A DNA stretch of 39,127 nucleotides from Promethearchaeota archaeon (GTDB lineage: Archaea > Asgardarchaeota > Hermodarchaeia > Hermodarchaeales > Hermodarchaeaceae), in the NCBI GenBank assembly GCA_048939245.1, contig JBHLPR010000018.1:1-39127 (forward strand), read 5' to 3'. The position numbers were made by a program, and so were the translations under genes. Shown in pieces: positions 7,529 to 16,098 of the stretch. The notes under the pieces were generated by a model. The model had not been told where the DNA came from. It saw only the letters and a program-made list of their open reading frames with translations, and ran no database searches. The number at the start of each line of letters is the position of its first letter. Position 1 is the first letter of the stretch.

Positions 7529-10500
7529 CTAGCTGCGAAGCCGAATTTCATTTGACGCTGAGATCCATCGGGGTCCGAGGGTTTGATTGAATAAGGCAAT
7601 GTAACTAGCTTGGTCACTGACTACGGCAACAATTTCGCCTTGATTTCCGTAGGTGGGCGCGATAAGAACCTCTTCTCCATCACGCGAGCCACCATAAAAC
7701 TCCATTTTCGGATTATTCCAAATCCGAATATTTCCTTGTTTTAAGAGCTTTTGAGCACTGGCTAATTGTTTTTCCCCATCAAGTGTGGTAATGATATGAA
7801 TCCGATTTTGAGGTTGTACTTCACTCAATTCAGCAACAGGAACTTCGTCAAATGTAGGATAGACTAAAGTTATGGTCTCACCGATTCTTCGAAACATATC
7901 TAAAAGATGGTTCTGGATTCCTTCACAAGTCACAATCCGCCATGTTCGCTCTGCCTCTGCGGGTTCCATTTTGGTAAGAGTATTCCACAAGCCGATAAGA
8001 ATTTCTTCGGTTTGACCTGCTTGGGTTCTGAGACGGTTCAGGGTAGGTTCTGTCTGAGCGGAGAACAGTTGCAAAGAATTAACAGCAGTTGTTTCAGCAG
8101 TTTTCGCTCTGGCTGTGACTTCTTTTGTCAAAGTCTGATACTCTGATTTGAATGTTTGGCGTTCTTTGCTTAAGGTTCGGCTAATCCGTCGACCCGTTTG
8201 TTGTGTTTGAGTGGTCAATCCATCTTTAGCATTATCTAGAATTTGGGTAATGCTAGCAACTAGTTTGTCATTTTTTTGTTTGAGATTGGTGACTGCGGTT
8301 CCCTTGAAGCTTTGGAGCCTTTCTTCCGTTCGCCGTAAACCATCCTGAATGGCGCGATTTAATCGGGTCTCGGTTAAACTCAGTGTCTTGGTTTGATCTT
8401 GTAGTACATTTTCAACTTGCTCTTCTATTGCTGTTTGAAAGTTTTTCTTGTTCTCTTCTATCCCCGCGATGATGTTTGATAAGAGCTTGGAGATATCACC
8501 TTGTGAACTCTTCAACGTTGAGATAAGTGACTCTGAGAGCTGATCTGAGGATGCTGAAATTCGTTCTCCAAGAGTTGATAGATTTTCTCCTAATTGGCCA
8601 ATGATGGTCTGTGTTTTAATTTTGAGTGTTTCGAGTAGTGTTTGATAAGAAGTATCATTCTTTGTAAGCGTTGTATTTAGGGTAGCATTTATGGCGGTAT
8701 CAATCTCGCTCATCTGCTGTTCAAGCTCTTCTTTACCTTCATTAGTGACGCGTTCTAACTCATCAAATAGTTGGTTTTGTATTTCTCTAGATTGTTCGGC
8801 AAGGGATTGGAAAGTTGAAGAAGTCTCTTTGCTTAATGCTATTTGTTGAGTATTGATTGTGTTGAGCAGATTTACCTTATTCAATTCGATTTGTTCAACT
8901 AGTTCAGTGTCAATCTTTTCGCTGGTTTCTCCAATTCTTTCTATTAGCTTTGAAGTCACTGTTTGTAATTGGACTAGCTCTTGTTGTAGGGTGGAGATAT
9001 AATCCTCTACTTCTCCAGAAAGAGAGCTAGCAAATTTTTCTAAGAGCTGATTCATTGCCGTTCTTTGTTCGTCCATACGTATGGCACAAGTTTGCCCGAC
9101 TTCTTCAATTATGGACTGAGATTTCGGAATCTGCTTTTCAGAAAAGGCTACTAATTTCGTTTGGATATTGTTTATTTCTGCAATTATTATGGTCCCCTGC
9201 TTTTGTATCAAATCTTGGACATTTTTCTTCAAGTTATTGACTCGATCTTCTTGTGTTTGCAATTCGGTTTCTATATTTTCCACAAAAGTATTCGCGGATT
9301 CACGAATAGTTACAAGATTTTTGGTCGTAGCCTTTTCGATTTCCTCTGCCATTGTCTCTATTTTCTGTGTCGTTGAAGTTTTTTGAGTACTTATATCAGT
9401 CCACAGCGAATCGAACAGAGTTTGGGTTTCTTCAAGTTGTGCAAAACAGTCCTCTTGCATTTCGGTAATACTTTGAGAGACTTGCTCGTAGATTCCACTT
9501 TTTTCACGGTCAAATTCCTGAACAGCTGTAGTTAATAGGTTACTTGTATCGTCTTCAAAATTCGTCAGGTTTGTTTTTACATTCACTATGGCTTGGTCGA
9601 CCGCAGTATCCGTGGCGGTATTTAAGGCTGTTAAATTACCCACTACTGCTGAGGAATAGTCATCAATGGTTTTGGTGACTGGTAACCAATATTTTTCAAC
9701 CAGAGTGCGCGTATTCGCATCAAATTTTTTCACTGTGTCGCTGAGTTTCTTGGCCAGTTCTTCTGTGGAGTCTTTAATTGGGGGGCTTTGTGTAGTTGAA
9801 AACTCCCGGAGTTTTGGTGGAAGCTGAGTTCGAAGTTGTTTCTCTAATATAGATTGAAACGCCGCCTCTGCCTGAACCTGTGGTGATATTTGATCATCTG
9901 CGACTCTCCTTTGATATTTTTCTAACATCTCTTCGCCTGAATTTTTCAGCAGACTAGTAAGTTCGGGTTTCAAAGAGTTCGAATAATTCGTTTGCAGGGG
10001 CGTCTTCAATAAGGACTCAAATTCAGTGGTTATTTCTTTTATGTTGCGTTTGTGCTGACGGTCGAGCGCTGATTGATATTCATTAAAGATTTTCAAAAGA
10101 TTCATGGGTTGTTTGTTTAAGTACTGTTCAGATAGTTTTGAGAGAAAGGCGTTGGGTAAAGTTTCAAGATTTTGATCGCTGGATTGAAAAATCTTCGATA
10201 TTTGCTTCTCTCGGTTAGTTTGTTTTGTGAGCCTCATCTTGAAACTTTGTAAAACAGTTTCCAGCTCTTTTGTGGTTTTTTCGCGAACAGGTTTGGTTTG
10301 TTTGGATAAAGCAGTTTTTAAAAGTGCACGGAGTTTGTCAAACGTGGTTTGCAGTATATCATTGATTTGTTTCTCCCGCTTTGCTTGCCGCATCACTTTT
10401 GTTTTGCAGCTACGCAAAATTGGTTTCATTTGAGTAATAAATGATTTAGCGATTAGCTCATTGTGTTTCGTGATTTGTTGGTTGTAGACGTTAACAAATT

Positions 10501-12922
10501 CATCTCGAGCGAGATTAAGTGCTGTATCAGATTGTGTTTTCTGTAGATCCTGGCGAGCTCCAAGGAATTCAATAAAACTTGTTGAGATATCACCTAATTG
10601 TTTCTCCAAGGTGTTTATAATCACTGAATTAACATCATTGAGTTTAGAAGAAGTTAGGCTCTTTTGTATAATGGATGCAGCGGTGCTAGCTACTCTTGAT
10701 TTAAGCGCGGCTTTTTTCTTTTCGAAGGTTGTTTGATATCCATTGAGGGCTGCAAGCCCATATACGGGAATATCTTCTTGCAGAATTTTATTCAAATTCG
10801 TAATAATTGTTTGATCCCGTTTTGTCAGTTGAGATTTCCAGCTCTTAATTATCCTCTCTACAGCTTTATCTCGGCTGGTTTGGGCTTCAGTAATTGCAGG
10901 TTGATAATTGCTGATTGCGGTTTCGATTTTGAGTATTTGCTCAGCGCGGAGTTTGTCTGCGGTACTTTCTATTCCCTCAGAATATTCCTTTATTATTCTT
11001 TCAAGTTTTGTTAGTTCTTTGTTTAGTCCTGAAGCTGTTTCTCCGACTATTCTTTTCAGTGCTGCCTCGAAGGCACGGACTTTCTTTTCAATGCCTTTTT
11101 GCTCTTTGGTAGCTTTAGCTAGGTTTTCTTTGCCAGACTGCCTTATGGTGCTTTGTGCTTGAGTTAATCGGGTTTCACTATACTCTCTTAGTTGGTTTTC
11201 TGTTGTTTCAAGCGCTTTGATTGCAGTGGAGGCTTCTGATTTTAGGAGTTTTTGCATTTGTTTATTTAGAGAACGATGTTGTTCTTCTTGTGAATTCATT
11301 TTTGTTTGAAAGTCTGAGATAAAGGATTCCGCAGTTTTTTGTACGGTTTTTAATCGGCGTTTGAGTCGTCTTCCGACTTGATCAGCGATGGACTTGAAAT
11401 TGGTAGCAAGATTTGTTTGTTGCGTGTTGCTTTCTTCGATTAAGGTCTGAAGAAGAGTCTGCACTTCTAGGAGCTGTGCTAAATACTTGTCACGCATTTC
11501 AATGCCTATGCCTTGCTTTGCCTCTTCGAGCAGTTTTTCATGTTCTGTTTTTACTTGTTCTATCAGGGTGGATAACGAAGTCTGAATTTTGGAAAATTGT
11601 GAAAAACTCAGGGATGAGGGAGGCCATTCTGTTATAGTAGTTTCGGCTTCTTTGTGTAGACTTTGTATCTCTGAACTATTTTGCGCGTGAGCTTCTTTTA
11701 ATTTTTCAAAAAGGCTTTCGACGATTTGTACCGAGGTATCACGGCTGGATTTGATTGTGGAATCCATGGTTGTTGCGGCATTATCCGTGTGCGAAACAAG
11801 TCGGCGATTTTCTTTTTGTATCGTTTTATCTAACTGTGTGAGAATGTCTTCCAATACCTGGGTTCGTTGTGTCCAGGTGTCACGGAGTTGAGTCGAAAAA
11901 CTTTGAGTATGTTTTGTTAAATTTTGTCTTGTTTCTTTTTGTAATGTGTCTAACGCTTTTTGTGTCTCTTGATTGAAGGAGGTGATATCATCTGTGAGGG
12001 TTATAGCGGTTTCTTCAGTAATTTCAGATATTCCCTCTTTTTGTGATGTACTTTCAGAAGTTATGGATTTTATTCCTGAATCTATATTACTTTGAATACG
12101 AGAATTAGCATTCTGTAGTTGAGTTTGGACCTGTTGGATGTTGGTGACCACTTCTGCTGAAATTTGATTTGCTGTAGCGCTAGCCCATTGTTCTGTTTCT
12201 TCTTGGTATCCGTTGATTGCTTTAATTGTATCATCTAACACCTGCTTTTGAGCCTCATCTAGCTGAGTGGCTCCTTCATCAATGAGATTACTGAGAGCTT
12301 CTTGAATTGATGTAATCTGGTCTGAAATTTCGTTGACACTGGATGATGCAACTTCACTCAAGGCTTTCTGTAAGTTTTCCGCTACGTTACTCAATACAAT
12401 ATTAGTTGCCATGGCTGCCTCGTTTAAAGCGATTCCCTGTCTTTCGTTTAGGTTTTCCAAGGCATTCCGAGTCTGCCGAATCATTAACTGCAATTCATCA
12501 TGTATTTCGCCTAATGCTTTAGTTTGGATTTGCTGCAGTTCCTTCCAAGATTTCTGAGTGTCTTTTGTGAAAGCTTGGACTTCCTTGGCCAATTCCTTGT
12601 AAGGTGCAAATGCTCGATAACGAGAAACAACACCGGGTAAGGCTTTAATGAGTTGTTGTTTCTCAAGGTATTCGATAGTGCTTCTAGCCTTGACCATGGG
12701 AATTCCCGAATAATTACTAATCTCATCCGCAGTAAGCTGACCCATTACCAATAATACGGTATATACTCGGCTCTGAGATTCACTTAATTTGAACCGGCTT
12801 TGTAATGCGGTTAACAACTCAGCTGGAATCTCCATCGGGATGGCGCATTGAGCGGTATTCTCTTGCCCTGCTGAAGCAGGGGGAAACTCGGGATTACCTT
12901 CTTTTGGAGTCATTTTTGTCAC
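7529..12922 (-). CDS. Giant TrmB-like protein: N-terminal wHTH, about 1500-aa coiled-coil/helical region, C-terminal PLD-fold TrmB effector-like domain
   Basis: LSESQSRVYTVLLVMGQLTADEISNYSGIPMVKARSTIEYLEKQQLI is a TrmB-type HTH. The middle is Q/E/K/T/S/L/I-rich and nearly free of Pro/Gly. The C-terminus WRIVTCEGIQNHLLDMFRR...SRDGEEVLIAP...YIALFNQ resembles the TrmB middle domain. Confidence 0.8.
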   Translation of the reverse strand: MTKMTPKEGNPEFPPASAGQENTAQCAIPMEIPAELLTALQSRFKLSESQSRVYTVLLVMGQLTADEISNYSGIPMVKARSTIEYLEKQQLIKALPGVVSRYRAFAPYKELAKEVQAFTKDTQKSWKELQQIQTKALGEIHDELQLMIRQTRNALENLNERQGIALNEAAMATNIVLSNVAENLQKALSEVASSSVNEISDQITSIQEALSNLIDEGATQLDEAQKQVLDDTIKAINGYQEETEQWASATANQISAEVVTNIQQVQTQLQNANSRIQSNIDSGIKSITSESTSQKEGISEITEETAITLTDDITSFNQETQKALDTLQKETRQNLTKHTQSFSTQLRDTWTQRTQVLEDILTQLDKTIQKENRRLVSHTDNAATTMDSTIKSSRDTSVQIVESLFEKLKEAHAQNSSEIQSLHKEAETTITEWPPSSLSFSQFSKIQTSLSTLIEQVKTEHEKLLEEAKQGIGIEMRDKYLAQLLEVQTLLQTLIEESNTQQTNLATNFKSIADQVGRRLKRRLKTVQKTAESFISDFQTKMNSQEEQHRSLNKQMQKLLKSEASTAIKALETTENQLREYSETRLTQAQSTIRQSGKENLAKATKEQKGIEKKVRAFEAALKRIVGETASGLNKELTKLERIIKEYSEGIESTADKLRAEQILKIETAISNYQPAITEAQTSRDKAVERIIKSWKSQLTKRDQTIITNLNKILQEDIPVYGLAALNGYQTTFEKKKAALKSRVASTAASIIQKSLTSSKLNDVNSVIINTLEKQLGDISTSFIEFLGARQDLQKTQSDTALNLARDEFVNVYNQQITKHNELIAKSFITQMKPILRSCKTKVMRQAKREKQINDILQTTFDKLRALLKTALSKQTKPVREKTTKELETVLQSFKMRLTKQTNREKQISKIFQSSDQNLETLPNAFLSKLSEQYLNKQPMNLLKIFNEYQSALDRQHKRNIKEITTEFESLLKTPLQTNYSNSLKPELTSLLKNSGEEMLEKYQRRVADDQISPQVQAEAAFQSILEKQLRTQLPPKLREFSTTQSPPIKDSTEELAKKLSDTVKKFDANTRTLVEKYWLPVTKTIDDYSSAVVGNLTALNTATDTAVDQAIVNVKTNLTNFEDDTSNLLTTAVQEFDREKSGIYEQVSQSITEMQEDCFAQLEETQTLFDSLWTDISTQKTSTTQKIETMAEEIEKATTKNLVTIRESANTFVENIETELQTQEDRVNNLKKNVQDLIQKQGTIIIAEINNIQTKLVAFSEKQIPKSQSIIEEVGQTCAIRMDEQRTAMNQLLEKFASSLSGEVEDYISTLQQELVQLQTVTSKLIERIGETSEKIDTELVEQIELNKVNLLNTINTQQIALSKETSSTFQSLAEQSREIQNQLFDELERVTNEGKEELEQQMSEIDTAINATLNTTLTKNDTSYQTLLETLKIKTQTIIGQLGENLSTLGERISASSDQLSESLISTLKSSQGDISKLLSNIIAGIEENKKNFQTAIEEQVENVLQDQTKTLSLTETRLNRAIQDGLRRTEERLQSFKGTAVTNLKQKNDKLVASITQILDNAKDGLTTQTQQTGRRISRTLSKERQTFKSEYQTLTKEVTARAKTAETTAVNSLQLFSAQTEPTLNRLRTQAGQTEEILIGLWNTLTKMEPAEAERTWRIVTCEGIQNHLLDMFRRIGETITLVYPTFDEVPVAELSEVQPQNRIHIITTLDGEKQLASAQKLLKQGNIRIWNNPKMEFYGGSRDGEEVLIAPTYGNQGEIVAVVSDQASYIALFNQTLGPRWISASNEIRLRS

Positions 12923-13034
12923 TCAACTTCAATATTGGTTACTCATGTAGGATTTCTACCATCTACTAATATCTGAGACGCTAATTGTTTCTCTCCACCT
13001 GCTATAAGGGTGACGTGTCGAAAAATGCGTGTCC

Positions 13035-14198
13035 TTAGATATTTTCTTTGAGCAACTGTTCTTGAGCTGCTAATACACCTGATCCAAGAGGGAACTCAAA
13101 GCCCATCCGTTTTAACACGATTTCAATAATTGTGATAGTTGCTAGTACATCACGTTCTGTGCAAATATTCATGTGGTTGGTTCGCCAGATTTTGCCTTTA
13201 ACAGGTCCCTGTCCACCTGCAATTAATATGCCTAAGTCTCGAACCTGTTTTCGAAATTCCTTATCAGTTATTCCTGAAGGGTATTTAACAGCGGTTACTG
13301 TGTTTGAATAATGTGCTGGGTCCGCTAGTAAATCCAGTCCCATACCAAGATATCCTGCACGAGTGATACGTCCGAGCCGATGATGGCGTTCAACGCGATT
13401 TTCATATCCTTCTTCAAACATGATTGTGAGAGATTCATGAAGTCCATACATTAGGCTTACTGCTGATGTGAAAGGTGAATCACCAAATCCATCATAGCGT
13501 TTCTTAGCTTTCGTTAGGTTAAGATAAAATGTAGGGTTGGGGTGTTTTCGTTTCTCAATTTTTTGCCACGCACGTTTTCCAACCCAAATTGCACTAAGGC
13601 CTGGGGGGACTCCTAGGCATTTCTGGCTTCCGGTTACCAACATGTCAAAATTCCATTTATCCGGAAATACATAATCGCCTCCTACGGAGGTTATCCCGTC
13701 TACTAGGAAAAGTCGATCATAGTCTCGGACAATTTGACCAATCTCTTTAGCGGGATTCAATACACCGGTAGAGGTCTCGTTATGACAAAGTGTGACGATG
13801 CGAATTGAAGCATCAGAAGCAAGAGCTTCCCGAACTCTTTCCGGATCCACTGCTTGCCCATAGGTATATTCTTGTACAACCGGATTTCCGCCAAAAGCGG
13901 TAGTAAGTTCGTTCCATCTTTCGCTAAACTTACCGTTGACAAGGTTAAGGACTTTCTCACCTGGCTCTAGTGTATTTGCAATTGCAGCTTCCATTGCTGC
14001 GGTTCCAGACCCTGCAAAGATTAACACATCCTGTTCTGTTTGTAGTAATCGCTGAAGCAGCGCCACGGTTTCTTTGTAGGTGTTCTGATATTCGGGAGTT
14101 CGGTGACCATATAAAACCCGAGACATCGCCCGGTAAACTCGCGGATGAACTGGCACAGGACCAGGAATCATCAAACTGGTAAGCTCTTCGTCATACAT
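13035..14198 (-). CDS. Class V PLP aminotransferase (alanine-glyoxylate/serine-pyruvate family)
   Basis: MIPGPVPV, GSGTAAMEAA, HNETSTGV, VDGITS, and the PLP lysine in GSQKCLGVPPGL. Confidence 0.93.
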   Translation of the reverse strand: MYDEELTSLMIPGPVPVHPRVYRAMSRVLYGHRTPEYQNTYKETVALLQRLLQTEQDVLIFAGSGTAAMEAAIANTLEPGEKVLNLVNGKFSERWNELTTAFGGNPVVQEYTYGQAVDPERVREALASDASIRIVTLCHNETSTGVLNPAKEIGQIVRDYDRLFLVDGITSVGGDYVFPDKWNFDMLVTGSQKCLGVPPGLSAIWVGKRAWQKIEKRKHPNPTFYLNLTKAKKRYDGFGDSPFTSAVSLMYGLHESLTIMFEEGYENRVERHHRLGRITRAGYLGMGLDLLADPAHYSNTVTAVKYPSGITDKEFRKQVRDLGILIAGGQGPVKGKIWRTNHMNICTERDVLATITIIEIVLKRMGFEFPLGSGVLAAQEQLLKENI

Positions 14199-14279
14199 CT
14201 ATAACCAGCACCAAATAGCTCTGTGAGTCTGCAGAACGTTTTAGGTTAAAAGCCTTTCACATAACATTACTGTAGTGGG

Positions 14280-15962
14280 TCACGCAGGGAAGTGACGGTA
14301 CTTCATATATGTTAACACTTCGTAGAAGTATTTGCCCCCGAACACACCACTTGTCTTCAATCCACCTAAATGTGGGTAATAGTCATCAAAATGAAGGTGG
14401 TCAGTATTGATGGCAACTCCGGGGGCCTCGATTTCATCAAAAAATTGCTGCCAAATCTCAGGAGTATTAGTATACACCGAGGTCCTTAATCCATAGGGGG
14501 AGTTGTTCGCCTGCGCAATAGCCTGTTCAATGCTTCGGACTTTCATAATTGGGAGAATTGGGCCAAAGGTTTCATGGTACCACATCTGGCAATCGAGGCC
14601 AACATCGCTAAGAATGGTGGGTTTGTAGAAGAGGCCGGCTTCATCTTTTTCTCCATCGACATTTATTCTGTACCCGCCTGAATGCAGCTTTGCCCCTTTT
14701 TTCAGGGCTTCTCGTGTCATGTCAATGACTTGATACAAAGGACGAGCACCAACAATCGGCAAATCTGTTGTTCGGTTTTCCGGTAGACCGGGCTTGAGTT
14801 GTTCGCTTTTTTCCACTAGCATCTCGATGAATGTATCGTGAATTGCCTCATGGAGGAATAATCGTTTTGCAGCAAGGCAGATTTGACCGGATCCAAAGAA
14901 TCGGGCGTGAGTTATGAATTCAGCAACTTTGTCGATATCCACATCTTTCCAAACTAAACTAGCACCACTCCCTGCTAGCTCTGGAACGAAATGAAGCCCA
15001 CGATGAATAGCTTGAGCCATCAACTGGAGCCCGATATCCGAATCCCCATAATAGACCATCGCGTTCAACGGTGCGTCGTTTACCATGTACTGTGCAATTG
15101 GTCGAGCGGGTCCAATGACCGCTTGGAAAGCACTTAATGGAAAATCTAATTCGTCCATGAGATCTCGAAGAACATAAGACAATTCCATATTCGTTAAAGG
15201 CATCTTTGAGGGAGTGCGGATGACAGTTGCGTTTCCCGCCCAATAAGACGAAATTATTGCCATACCACCCAACCCGATGGCTGCATTATAAGGGGGAAAA
15301 ATCCCGACGACCCCAAAGGGATAGCGCGAGATAATTGTTTTTTCTCCATCTGTGGCAGAGGGTATTTCTTTGGGTGCAATTTTAGAACTAGCGTAATCAA
15401 TGTGTTCGCGATAAAGTGTATTGAATACACCCTTGGTTTGCCATTCGAAGAGTTTGAGTGGTGTCCCTTCCGCTAGCCCAATTTCCTTGAATGTCTCATA
15501 GTGTTTCCAAAGCAATTCCTGCATTCTGAGAAGACTATCTGCTCGTTGTTGAAGCGTTAATCCTTTGCTCTTAACATTAGTTTCTCGATGCATTTGATGT
15601 CGGATTTTCGCAGCTTCTTCACAGGCTACCTTTATTTCAGACACTCCTCCAATAGCATAGGTAGCAAATTGAATATCTGCGATTTCATCCTTTGATGCTT
15701 GGGGGTATCCATGTACTCGTATGTAATCTTTGAGCATTCGGATTTCTGGGACTTTTTCTGGTAAGATTCCACTGAAATATCGTGCAGCAAATCGTTTCAA
15801 AGAACTCTGACTCTGTAATGCCATTGCAAACATAATTCGCGGATCTTCAATCACCTTACTCATATTAGGAAAACTGAGTACCCTTCCGGATTGAGGCGAA
15901 GAAATTTCGCCCTTGATTAGATGCCCAAAAAATCGCATTTCACCACGTCTTCTAAGAATCAA
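14280..15962 (-). CDS. Aldehyde dehydrogenase family protein, divergent, with N-terminal extension
   Basis: Catalytic Cys in GQICLA, Glu in ELAGSG, ETFGPILP, AN.SPYGL. Start position uncertain. Confidence 0.88.
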   Translation of the reverse strand: MILRRRGEMRFFGHLIKGEISSPQSGRVLSFPNMSKVIEDPRIMFAMALQSQSSLKRFAARYFSGILPEKVPEIRMLKDYIRVHGYPQASKDEIADIQFATYAIGGVSEIKVACEEAAKIRHQMHRETNVKSKGLTLQQRADSLLRMQELLWKHYETFKEIGLAEGTPLKLFEWQTKGVFNTLYREHIDYASSKIAPKEIPSATDGEKTIISRYPFGVVGIFPPYNAAIGLGGMAIISSYWAGNATVIRTPSKMPLTNMELSYVLRDLMDELDFPLSAFQAVIGPARPIAQYMVNDAPLNAMVYYGDSDIGLQLMAQAIHRGLHFVPELAGSGASLVWKDVDIDKVAEFITHARFFGSGQICLAAKRLFLHEAIHDTFIEMLVEKSEQLKPGLPENRTTDLPIVGARPLYQVIDMTREALKKGAKLHSGGYRINVDGEKDEAGLFYKPTILSDVGLDCQMWYHETFGPILPIMKVRSIEQAIAQANNSPYGLRTSVYTNTPEIWQQFFDEIEAPGVAINTDHLHFDDYYPHLGGLKTSGVFGGKYFYEVLTYMKYRHFPA

Positions 15963-16098
15963 TATACCTGTTCAAGATTTAATGAAGACCCATGTATTCC
16001 TTACGCTTATTCATATCCTTGGGACAAAAATCATAGAACAAGATTAACCCTAAATATACTCTAATCCTTTCATTAATCGTACTGGTGGGAACCTTTTC

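Noticed and set aside
7907-12726. Many short ORFs within the giant gene
   Set aside because: Antisense or alternate-frame shadows with no motifs.
7529-12922. SMC/Rad50 or methyl-accepting chemotaxis protein call for the giant coiled coil
   Set aside because: No Walker A/B, ABC signature, zinc hook, MCP signalling motif or TM segment; the termini are TrmB-like.
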